DNA of 33,510 nucleotides from a virus (lineage: Duplodnaviria; Heunggongvirae; Uroviricota; Caudoviricetes), in IMG/VR virus record IMGVR_UViG_2703718823_000008; one strand, 5' to 3'. Position numbers and translations under genes: made by a program. This document shows positions 7,871 through 15,278 of this stretch, piece after piece (positions within the stretch are counted from its first letter, which is position 1; every line of letters begins with the position of its first letter). Under the pieces are notes generated by a model that searched no databases, was not told the DNA's origin, and saw only the letters and a list, made by a program, of their open reading frames with translations.

Positions 7871-8299
7871 ATGTATTGCCGTGCTGTACCGGTTCTTGTT
7901 TTGATATTAGCCAGTCTGACAACTGGCTGCACAAAAGATGTATCGACAAATAATTATGATGCTTCGCTGCATCACTCAGATAAATTAATAAAGTCGCAAA
8001 ATTTGAGCTTATCGGAACGTACCCCTGATGCCAGTGAAGAAATCCGGCAGTATGCCATTCAGGTCAGGGAAGCCATAGAAGAACAGTTAAAGGATGCGGG
8101 TAAGTATTCAGGAAAAGAGTGTTCACTGAGAATGTATATGGCCCCGAATGGTCTTCTGCTACAGGTTAAAAGAGAAAGCGGTGATCCCGATTTATGTCGT
8201 GAAGCGATGAATGCAGTAAAGAATGCTGATATACCATCACCACCGTCTTCAGGAGTATATAAAGCATTTAGAAATGGCGTGCTGGATTTTAAACTCTGA
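7871..8299 (+). CDS. Lipoprotein carrying a stand-alone TolA C-terminal (domain III)-like domain
   Basis: 142-aa ORF; signal peptide with lipobox-like LTTGC (Thr at +2); C-terminal 80 aa aligns by eye to E. coli TolA domain III (GKxC-LR---APnG-LL, GDP-LC, IP-PPS, VY--F-N--LDFK); GGAG SD; low-GC gene. Confidence 0.8.
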   Translation: MYCRAVPVLVLILASLTTGCTKDVSTNNYDASLHHSDKLIKSQNLSLSERTPDASEEIRQYAIQVREAIEEQLKDAGKYSGKECSLRMYMAPNGLLLQVKRESGDPDLCREAMNAVKNADIPSPPSSGVYKAFRNGVLDFKL

Positions 8300-8321
8300 C
8301 TGGGGGAGAAGATTTTCTCCT

Positions 8322-8612
8322 GTCCAGATGATTTTGGGGTGCTGGAAAGATATTGTGCTGTGAAGTGTTAAATTCCTCACAATTCAGTAAGTTGACAGTT
8401 GCCTGTCAGACTGGGCATTTGTTAAAAAAATTTCGCATGGTGAATCCCCCTGTGCGGAGGGGCGACTGGTGAACGGTATGATCTCTTTGATGATCGTAAG
8501 CGAGAATACGCGGGTTTAGTGTCACCGGGCTGAACTCACCGGGAGGCACCCGGCACCATGCTCATGGTGATACAGAAATGCGGCTTCAGCCCCTCTCTGG
8601 AGGGGCTTTCTT
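8322..8612 (+). repeat. Structured noncoding repeat unit A (about 270-290 bp) ending in an intrinsic terminator; candidate sRNA or 3'-UTR element
   Basis: Shares conserved blocks with units B and C (GTTAAAT-CCTCACA-TTCAG; TGAATCCCCCTG-GCGGAGGGGC; ACCGGGAGGCACCCGGCAC-ATG); terminator GCCCCTC-TCTG-GAGGGGC plus T-tail at 8589-8612. Confidence 0.6.
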
Positions 8613-8618
8613 ATGGAC

Positions 8619-8646
8619 AAAAAAGCCCGCGCTGGGAGACGCGGGC
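8619..8646 (-). terminator. Minus-strand intrinsic terminator capping repeat element D1 (about 8619-8745)
   Basis: GCCCGCG/CGCGGGC stem preceded on + by A6 (T6 on the minus strand); flank GGCAAGGAATAAA-CAATAAAACGTGAAGTAAT conserved with D2. Confidence 0.5.
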
Positions 8647-8765
8647 GGCAAGGAATAAACAATAAAACGTGAAGTAATATTTCAGCTGGCGAATAATACC
8701 CCATAGTAATCACTCTGCGCAACTGCGCGGCCTTTTTCGAATTGCGGGCTGTAGTCTCCCTTCTG

Positions 8766-8930
8766 CCGGGTGGCCTGGTTGCAGATTTCTTCATGGGGTA
8801 GGGTTCGGCAGTTAAAGCAGCGATGGCGCTGGGGCGTCGTGCTATAGGCGTTGAGCTGGATACCGGGCGTTTTGAACAGACTGCGCAGGCAATCAGGGAT
8901 ATATTTATCGGTAGCTGTTTGCAGAAGTAA
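8766..8930 (+). pseudogene. 3' fragment of a second, diverged DNA methyltransferase gene (homologous to 7232-7390) with an in-frame TAG
   Basis: Nucleotide homology to the 3' end of the intact methyltransferase; translation gives LVADFFMG*GSAVKAAMALGRRAIGVELDTGRFEQT; no upstream part of the gene. Confidence 0.7.
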
Positions 8931-9004
8931 TCTCCCAAAATTCCATTTTTGGAATGCAGTGGTTGTTGCTGTAGTGTGGGCAAGTTCTGGAACTGGCTTC
9001 GTCC

Positions 9005-9281
9005 ATTGCAGATGATTGTTAGCTGGATATCAGTTACCTCATGGAAATGTTAAATGACTCACAATTCGGTTGATGGACTATTGTCTGATTGATGGAAGTC
9101 TTGTAAAAACGAGCCAGCATAGTGAATCCCCCTGTGCGGAGGGGCGTCTGACATGGTCTCCATAGCGATGGTCACAATACGCAGATTCAGTAGTCAGGCT
9201 GAATCTACCGGGAGGCACCCGGCACTATGCTGCTTATGGTGTATACACAGCGATCGGCCCCTCTCCTGAGGGGCTTTTTTT
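9005..9281 (+). repeat. Structured noncoding repeat unit B ending in an intrinsic terminator
   Basis: Same conserved blocks as unit A; terminator GCCCCTC-TCCT-GAGGGGC plus T7 at 9257-9281. Confidence 0.6.
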
Positions 9282-9289
9282 GTGCGGGA

Positions 9290-9543
9290 AAAGGCTGTGT
9301 TGTTAAATGTTAAATCCCTCACAGTTCAGATGGTTGATGCTTGCCTGTCTGACGGGGAGTTGTTAAAAAAGTTCTGCATGGTGAATCCCCCTGAGCGGAG
9401 GGGCATATCAGCGCAGGTGTTTCTACTCTATCCTTTCTGTGCGGGTTCAGGTGCTGATACTGAACTCACCGGGAGGCACCCGGCACCATGTAGTATACAG
9501 AGATTAGGCATACATCCAGGCTCCTCATTGCAGGAGCCTTTTT
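9290..9543 (+). repeat. Structured noncoding repeat unit C ending in an intrinsic terminator
   Basis: Same conserved blocks as units A and B; terminator AGGCTCCT-CATTGC-AGGAGCCT plus T4 at 9518-9543 (different stem sequence, same structure). Confidence 0.6.
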
Positions 9544-9549
9544 ACATGC

Positions 9550-9577
9550 AAAAAAACCGCTCCAGGGAAGAGCGGTT
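9550..9577 (-). terminator. Minus-strand intrinsic terminator capping repeat element D2 (about 9550-9668)
   Basis: CCGCTC/GAGCGG stem preceded on + by A7; flanks conserved with D1 while the stem sequence differs and pairing is preserved. Confidence 0.5.
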
Positions 9578-9767
9578 GGCAAGGAATAAATAACAAAACG
9601 TGAAGTAATTTATTCAGCGCCCTAATAATACCTTACAGTAATCACATTGCGCAACTGTATGTAAGGGCGTATTTCTTTTTTGCGGGCTGTTTTGTGTGAC
9701 TTTTGTGTTTCCGGAGGTCAGCCCGAGCCTTCTCTGACTCAGAACATTATTCCGGCCGGGAGGATTC

Positions 9768-11756
9768 ATGGCATTTAAACACTACGATGTGGTCAGGGCG
9801 GCATCGCCGTCAGACCTTGCTGAACGACTGACACAAAAACTGAAGGAGGGGTGGCAGCCATTTGGCAGCCCTGTCGCCATCACGCCTTATACCCTGATGC
9901 AGGCTATTGCGGCGGAAGGTGATGTCACCACGCCGGTGCTGGTTAAACCATCGGGTGACGGGGAGACGGCTATCAGCAAGACCGGTGAGCCTGAATATTA
10001 TTATGTTGTCGCGCTGGCGGGTCAGTCAAATGGTATGTCTTTTGGAGAGGGAGTACCGTTACCTGATTCTTATGATCGCCCTGATCCGAGAATTAAGCAG
10101 CTTGCCCGTCGACGTACCGTTACGCCGCGAGGCGTTCCCTGCACCTATAACGATGTTATTCCGGCAGATCATTGTCTTCATGATGTGATGGATATGAGTG
10201 AAAAAAATCACCCCCGGGCAGACCTCAATAAAGGTCAGTATGGTTGTGTGGGTCAGGGACTGCATATTGCCAAAAAACTGTTACCGTTTATACCGGCGAA
10301 TGCGGGCATTCTTCTGGTTCCATGCTGTCGTGGAGGCTCGGGAGTGACTACAGGTAATGAGGGAACATTTAACGCCTCTTCCGGGGCAAGCCCTGATTCT
10401 GCATTGTGGGGAGCTGATAAGCCGCTGTACCAGGATCTGTTAAGTCGCACGAAAGTCGCGCTGGCTAAAAATCCCGGAAATATCCTGCTGGCGGTAATCT
10501 GGATGCAGGGGGAGAGTGATCTGGCTTCAGGAAGCCAGAGTCATAATGCTCTTTTTACTGGCATGGTACAGAAATTCCGTGCTGACATCGCTGATATGTC
10601 AGGGCAGTGCGTGGGGGGCTCGGCACTGAGCGTTCCGTGGGTTTGTGGCGATACGACGCATTACTGGAAAGAAAAATATGCTGCGTCTTATGAAACTGTA
10701 TACGGTGGATATAAAAATAAGGCAGCGCAGAATATTCACTTTGTCCCTTTCATGGTTGATGGAAGCGGGGTAAATGTGCAGACCAATAATCCGGCAGAAG
10801 ATCCTGATATTGAAGGTATTGGCTACTCCGGTTCGAAGTGGCGAGACAGTTCTGTCAGCTGGACGTCAGGTGACAGGGCAAGCCATTTCGGTTCATGGGC
10901 GCGGCGTGGAATTATTTCAGATCGTCTTGCAACCGCAATTCTGACCCACGCAGGCAAATACCCGGCGTTTATCACCGGGCGGTCAGAAACGGTAGTTGCA
11001 GGAGATGAACGGGAAAACGTTACATCCGGAAATTTCCCGTCACCTGTGGAGGATGCTGCGTTATCACAGGATGCACCTCAGAGAAGAACGGTTGTTGAGT
11101 ATAATTCAGCTGTTGAGAAAGACAGCCTCGGTGGTAACTGGGCAGCCCAGCACTGGAATGCCCGGGACGGTGTCGCCGAGTTTGTTAATGATGAAAGCAG
11201 ACAGGTGCTGAAGATTAAGCAGCATGAGGGCAAACAGGGACCGTGGATGCTGTCAGCAGGAGTATCAGCTGAAGATGCCCGTGCTCTGTATGAAAATGGC
11301 GGTGAAATAAAACTTGAATTCAGGTTGCCGGATGGTACCCAGGTTGCAGATGACAAATACCTCTTTGGTGTTTACCTGCCAGTTTCCGGGTGGACTCAGG
11401 AAGGCAACGGCAGCAATATGATGGCCTCCTTTTTCACTCAGACAAAAGCCAGTAACCTGGATGTCATGTATCACGGTAAAACACAGCCTAATACAAAAAT
11501 TGAGTCATTCGGTGCGGTTAATAACAACTGGCACACGCTTGTCTTTAAATATAAAGGAGGCGGCAATCACCAGGTTATTCCGGTACTTGACGGAGAAGAG
11601 AAAACAGGTTTTGCACTGAAAGAAGGTCCGGTCACTTCTGCCTTTACGGTGGATAACATCACAGTGACAGGTATCAGCGCAAATCAGGGAAAATCTTATC
11701 CTGTCATGTTCCGCAGTATCATGGTAAGCATTAACCAGGCAACCTCTTCATCATAA
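9768..11756 (+). CDS. NanS-p-like sialate O-acetylesterase (DUF1737-like N-terminus plus SGNH-hydrolase-like domain)
   Basis: 662-aa ORF; N-terminus MAFKHYDVVRA...GWQPFGSPV resembles the DUF1737 domain of prophage NanS-p/YjhS-type esterases as recalled; GGGAGG SD; position between the stx-equivalent slot and the lysis cassette. Confidence 0.8.
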   Translation: MAFKHYDVVRAASPSDLAERLTQKLKEGWQPFGSPVAITPYTLMQAIAAEGDVTTPVLVKPSGDGETAISKTGEPEYYYVVALAGQSNGMSFGEGVPLPDSYDRPDPRIKQLARRRTVTPRGVPCTYNDVIPADHCLHDVMDMSEKNHPRADLNKGQYGCVGQGLHIAKKLLPFIPANAGILLVPCCRGGSGVTTGNEGTFNASSGASPDSALWGADKPLYQDLLSRTKVALAKNPGNILLAVIWMQGESDLASGSQSHNALFTGMVQKFRADIADMSGQCVGGSALSVPWVCGDTTHYWKEKYAASYETVYGGYKNKAAQNIHFVPFMVDGSGVNVQTNNPAEDPDIEGIGYSGSKWRDSSVSWTSGDRASHFGSWARRGIISDRLATAILTHAGKYPAFITGRSETVVAGDERENVTSGNFPSPVEDAALSQDAPQRRTVVEYNSAVEKDSLGGNWAAQHWNARDGVAEFVNDESRQVLKIKQHEGKQGPWMLSAGVSAEDARALYENGGEIKLEFRLPDGTQVADDKYLFGVYLPVSGWTQEGNGSNMMASFFTQTKASNLDVMYHGKTQPNTKIESFGAVNNNWHTLVFKYKGGGNHQVIPVLDGEEKTGFALKEGPVTSAFTVDNITVTGISANQGKSYPVMFRSIMVSINQATSSS

Positions 11757-11902
11757 AACAAAAAAACGCCAGCGCAGAGGAGAACGGGAGGATAAGTCTG
11801 ACGCTGGCGGAGGAGTATCCTCATGGAGAACGATATGTAACACATATCGCCTTTCTTTTATTGAAAAGTCATCGCCATTGTCAACCATAACGGTAAGAAA
11901 CT

Positions 11903-12085
11903 ATGACATTTGTTCATCAACTGATGCTGTACTTCTGTACGGTGGTATGCGTGCTGTATCTTCTTTCGGGTGGGTACAGAGTCGTGCGCGATTTCTGGCG
12001 CAGGCAGATTGATAAAAGGGCCGCTGAGAAAATCAGCGCCAGTCAGTCAGCCGGAAGCAAACCCGAAGATCCGCTCATTCCGTAG
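11903..12085 (+). CDS. Small putative membrane protein (60 aa)
   Basis: N-terminal hydrophobic helix; weak SD. Confidence 0.3.
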   Translation: MTFVHQLMLYFCTVVCVLYLLSGGYRVVRDFWRRQIDKRAAEKISASQSAGSKPEDPLIP

Positions 12086-12122
12086 TCACTTTCTTGACAA
12101 CACCTTTCAACGAGAAAATCCT

Positions 12123-12392
12123 ATGTCAGAAATAAAATCGCTGGTAACTGCTGAGGCAGTGAAGGAAGTCCTGCGCTCTGAAGAAGTCCTGAGCGCACTG
12201 AAACAAAAACTCCGCCAGAATCTTGAGGCGCGTCTTGATGCAGAAGTGGATGCCATTCTGGATGAACTGCTGGGCGCACCGACTGTTCCGGAGCCGGAAG
12301 GCATTGCGGATGACAGTGCTGTTTCAGATGGCGTCGGGTCTCAGCCTGACGGTAGTGAAGAGCCTCAGCCTGACGGCGAAATGATGATGTAA
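12123..12392 (+). CDS. Small acidic hypothetical protein (89 aa)
   Basis: Internal ATG of the 140-aa track ORF chosen as start (MSEIKSLVTAEAV...); acidic C-terminus. Confidence 0.5.
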   Translation: MSEIKSLVTAEAVKEVLRSEEVLSALKQKLRQNLEARLDAEVDAILDELLGAPTVPEPEGIADDSAVSDGVGSQPDGSEEPQPDGEMMM

Positions 12393-12466
12393 CCATGCGC
12401 AGGGGTGTCGGTGTGAGCTGATGCCCCACTTGTTGTTGTGAGCTTCCGGATTGCGGGAGACGGGGT

Positions 12467-12682
12467 ATGTACCAGATGGAAAAAATCACAACAGGTTTGT
12501 CATACACCACGTCAGCGGTGGGAACGGGCTACTGGTTCCTGCAGTTGCTGGACAGGGTTTCCCCGTCTCAGTGGGCGGCAATAGGCGTGCTGGGGAGTCT
12601 GCTGTTTGGGCTGCTGACATATCTGACGAACCTGTATTTCAAAATTAAAGAAGACCGGCGTAAGGCGGCGCGGGGAGAGTAA
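12467..12682 (+). CDS. S: Holin, phage 21 S-type pinholin with dual start (Met1 and Met4)
   Basis: 71-aa ORF closely matching the phage 21 S pinholin ([22 protein letters not shown]...[22 protein letters not shown]) as recalled. Confidence 0.85.
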   Translation: MYQMEKITTGLSYTTSAVGTGYWFLQLLDRVSPSQWAAIGVLGSLLFGLLTYLTNLYFKIKEDRRKAARGE

Positions 12683-12686
12683 GCTG

Positions 12687-13220
12687 ATGAGCAGGAAACT
12701 CCGCTATGGTTTATCGGCTGCCGTTCTGGCGCTGATTGGTGCAGGGGCGTCTGCGCCTGAAATCCTCGACCAGTTTCTGGATGAAAAAGAAGGCAACCAC
12801 ACCACGGCATACCGTGATGGCGCGGGTATCTGGACCATCTGCCGTGGAGCCACCCGGGTGGATGGTAAGCCTGTTATTCCTGGCATGAAGTTGACGAAGG
12901 AAAAATGCGACCAGGTTAACGCCATTGAACGTGATAAGGCGCTGGCATGGGTGGAGAAAAACATCAAAGTGCCACTGACCGAACCCCAGAAAGCGGGTAT
13001 TGCGTCATTCTGCCCGTATAACATTGGCCCAGGTAAGTGTTTCCCGTCGACGTTTTATAAACGAATTAATGCAGGCGATCGCAGGGGAGCGTGTGAGGCG
13101 ATTCGCTGGTGGATTAAGGACGGTGGCAGAGACTGCCGTATTCGCTCAAATAATTGCTACGGTCAGATATCCCGTCGTGACCAGGAGAGCGCGCTGGCGT
13201 GCTGGGGAATCGACAGATAA
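12687..13220 (+). CDS. R: SAR endolysin (lysozyme-like with N-terminal signal-anchor-release helix)
   Basis: 177-aa ORF; N-terminal hydrophobic SAR-like segment LSAAVLALIGAGA; lysozyme-like core; directly follows the holin. Confidence 0.9.
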   Translation: MSRKLRYGLSAAVLALIGAGASAPEILDQFLDEKEGNHTTAYRDGAGIWTICRGATRVDGKPVIPGMKLTKEKCDQVNAIERDKALAWVEKNIKVPLTEPQKAGIASFCPYNIGPGKCFPSTFYKRINAGDRRGACEAIRWWIKDGGRDCRIRSNNCYGQISRRDQESALACWGIDR

Positions 13221-13313
13221 GCAGAATATTTTGCTGAAAAATGACGTTGACCAACGCGGACGGATAACACGAAATCCTGCGAACTGGCAAAACCTAGTGA
13301 ATAAAAGTAAAAA

Positions 13314-13346
13314 CCCCGTTTGTTGGCAGCAAGCGGGGTTTTGTGT
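13314..13346 (+). terminator. Strong intrinsic terminator-like hairpin between the endolysin and Rz
   Basis: 9-bp stem CCCCGTTTG/CAAGCGGGG with 7-nt loop, followed by TTTTGTGTTT; A-run on the 5' side makes it potentially bidirectional. Confidence 0.5.
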
Positions 13347-13417
13347 TTCCTGACTCCGGAAAAGTCAAAGGAGAAAGTGTGTTTAATTTTAGCAAACTGA
13401 TTCGGGAGATTCGAGTG

Positions 13418-13516
13418 ATGGCTGAAAAATTATCCACCTGGAAGTTCATCCTTATCTGGCTGGTGTTTGTGATTATGGCCTCCGGTTATTTCATCGGTCA
13501 GATACGCTGGTGGTGA
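13418..13516 (+). CDS. Small single-TM peptide (32 aa; [32 protein letters not shown])
   Basis: GGAG about 10 nt upstream; stop overlaps the Rz start region; below the ORF-track length cut-off. Confidence 0.3.
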   Translation: MAEKLSTWKFILIWLVFVIMASGYFIGQIRWW

Positions 13517-13517
13517 A

Positions 13518-14012
13518 ATGAACCGCGTTCTGTGTGTGGTCATTATTGCCTTGCTGGTGGCCTGTGGTGCGCTTAGTCTGGGGCTGAATCATTACCGTGA
13601 TAACGCCATCACCTACAAAGCGCAGCGCGATAAAAAAGCCAGAGAGCTGGAGCTGGCAAACGCAACCATTACTGACATGCAGCAGCGCCAGCGTGATGTT
13701 GCTGCGCTTGATGCCAGATACTCAAGGGAATTAGCCGATGCGAGAGCTGAAAATGAAACTCTGCGTGCTGATGTTGCCGCTGGTCGTAAGCGCCTGCGGC
13801 TCAACGCCACCTGCCCCGGTACCGTGCGTGAAGCCACCGGCACCTCCGGCGTGGATAATGCAACCGGCCCCCGACTGGCAGACACCGCTGAACGGGATTA
13901 TTTCAACCTCAGAGAACGGTTGATGACAATGCAGAAGCAGCTGGAAGGGGCGCAGGAATATATACGCACTCAGTGCACTAAGCTGGCTTTTTATTATCCG
14001 GAGGATACATGA
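13518..14012 (+). CDS. Rz: Spanin, inner-membrane subunit Rz
   Basis: 164-aa ORF strongly resembling lambda Rz ([16 protein letters not shown]...[15 protein letters not shown]...[20 protein letters not shown]). Confidence 0.9.
   Translation: MNRVLCVVIIALLVACGALSLGLNHYRDNAITYKAQRDKKARELELANATITDMQQRQRDVAALDARYSRELADARAENETLRADVAAGRKRLRLNATCPGTVREATGTSGVDNATGPRLADTAERDYFNLRERLMTMQKQLEGAQEYIRTQCTKLAFYYPEDT
13738..13923 (+). CDS. Rz1: Spanin, outer-membrane lipoprotein subunit Rz1 (embedded in the +1 frame of Rz)
   Basis: 61-aa ORF with lipobox LVVSAC and proline-rich [27 protein letters not shown] matching lambda Rz1. Confidence 0.8.
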   Translation: MRELKMKLCVLMLPLVVSACGSTPPAPVPCVKPPAPPAWIMQPAPDWQTPLNGIISTSENG

Positions 14013-14233
14013 AGAAATTACGGGTAACCGTAGAACCTTTTCAGGGAACAATTCCGTTCCGTATTTTGCAGCGTGGTCGTGTTCTTGTTGAAGGTTCGTT
14101 CAGTGGTAAATGTACGCAATTACACTCCCGGACCTTTCAGGTGAATGCCACGAATGAAGAGCTAACCGTTGAGTGTACGATGAATGCCGCTAAATGCCGC
14201 ATGGTATCCGCTGCATTACAGCCAGTGTGTTGA
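14009..14233 (+). CDS. Hypothetical small protein (74 aa, four Cys)
   Basis: Strong GGAGG SD 5 nt upstream; start overlaps the Rz stop. Confidence 0.45.
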   Translation: MKKLRVTVEPFQGTIPFRILQRGRVLVEGSFSGKCTQLHSRTFQVNATNEELTVECTMNAAKCRMVSAALQPVC

Positions 14234-14572
14234 GCGACCTTATTATCCATGGCGCGGTATTGTCGCCGTATTCCCGTATTAACAGAGACCGCAGCCCGAC
14301 AGGGAGACTCCTCTGCGCGAGTGTGCGGGGATAATCAAAAACGATACACACCGGGGTTTACCGCGTTAACGGAGCGCGGCGTTGTCCCCTCATGGTCGCT
14401 GGTCCGGTGCGATGGTGGAAGAAACCGGACGATGTGTTACCTCGCAAGCTCTGTTATGTCATGTGTCTGATTTGTGATTTAAGTCGGATAATTGTCGTTG
14501 CCATTAAGCAGAGGATTGATGACCGACAGGGTGGCATTGTTAGAATAAGACTTATTCTTATCTGTGCCGGGA

Positions 14573-14905
14573 ATGAAAATGAAAAGAAATCTTCCGTTAA
14601 TTATTTTGTTGTCTTCTCTGGTTATGGGCTGTACGCAACATAAAACAGATATGCCCCGACAGTTGGTTAAGGCATTACCACAATATCCGGCCTATGCAGC
14701 GGCAAATTATATAAAGGGACGGGTTGATGTGAAGTTTGATATTGGTGCTGATGGTACTGTCACCCGAATTGAGTTTATCCGTTCAGAGCCGCACCATCTG
14801 TTTGATGAGCAGGTTGTAAAAGCGATGGCAAAATGGCGATTTGAGAAGGACAGGCCGCGTAAAGGCGTGAAGAAAACGTTTATCTTTAGTCCTTCTGCAC
14901 CCTGA
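14573..14905 (+). CDS. Lipoprotein carrying a stand-alone TonB C-terminal domain
   Basis: Signal peptide with lipobox LVMGC (Thr at +2); C-terminal region aligns by eye to E. coli TonB C-terminus (PQYPA-A----I-G-V-VKFD---DG-V...S-P---F......AM--WR-E); promoter-like TTGATG and TAGAAT plus palindrome AGAATAAG-A-CTTATTCT at 14542-14558 upstream. Confidence 0.8.
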   Translation: MKMKRNLPLIILLSSLVMGCTQHKTDMPRQLVKALPQYPAYAAANYIKGRVDVKFDIGADGTVTRIEFIRSEPHHLFDEQVVKAMAKWRFEKDRPRKGVKKTFIFSPSAP

Positions 14906-15036
14906 TTATTTCATCAGAAATTAATTATCACTCTGTTGTTATTCTGTACATCCCGGCAGGGTAAGTCTTGTTCCGTCGGATATGAAGATGAAATATTGTT
15001 GGAGGACAGTGGGTACCTGCTCCTGTAACCGAACGT

Positions 15037-15237
15037 TCATTTCTCGTTATTTGTCATGCTGGCCGGGCGCAGATGCGTTGCATCTGTTGCCAGCCTTCTC
15101 CTGCAGGCTTCAATAACCCACGCTGAAAAGTTACCGGACCCTTTATGCTCAAGGGCGATGTTGATCTGTTCAATCATGTGATTGGGGAAACGGATATTGC
15201 GGGTTGTGGTTCTGCGGGTCCGGTTTTTCGATGACAT
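15037..15237 (-). CDS. Small ribbon-helix-helix-like DNA-binding protein (YlcI/DUF3950-like)
   Basis: Internal ATG with AAGGA SD chosen as start; IRFPNHMIEQINIALEHKGSGNFSAWVIEACRRRL resembles RHH/Arc-type proteins; divergent from the HNH gene. Confidence 0.55.
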   Translation of the reverse strand: MSSKNRTRRTTTRNIRFPNHMIEQINIALEHKGSGNFSAWVIEACRRRLATDATHLRPASMTNNEK

Positions 15238-15278
15238 ATTTATTTCCTTTACTGATTGCCATATGACGGGGATTTTAC

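Noticed and set aside
8522-8983. 153-aa minus-strand ORF spanning the repeat array and the methyltransferase fragment
   Set aside because: Crosses two terminators and a pseudogene fragment; no SD; no conservation in the second copy
9282-9593. 103-aa plus-strand ORF inside repeat unit C
   Set aside because: The reading frame is not conserved in units A and B, and it runs through the terminator hairpin; most likely noncoding
8322-9668. Possible CRISPR array, suggested by the repeated sequence blocks
   Set aside because: Units are about 270 bp with internal structure and terminators, not 24-50 bp direct repeats separated by unique spacers; no cas genes present
7871-9767. Shiga toxin genes at the canonical stx position
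   Set aside because: No ORF here resembles StxA or StxB; the slot holds the TolA-domain lipoprotein gene and noncoding repeats
13000-13353. 117-aa plus-strand ORF overlapping the 3' end of the endolysin gene
   Set aside because: Alternative frame of the endolysin; runs through the terminator hairpin
14542-14558. Fur box upstream of the TonB-domain lipoprotein gene
   Set aside because: The palindrome AGAATAAG-A-CTTATTCT is a plausible operator but does not match the Fur consensus well enough to claim iron regulation
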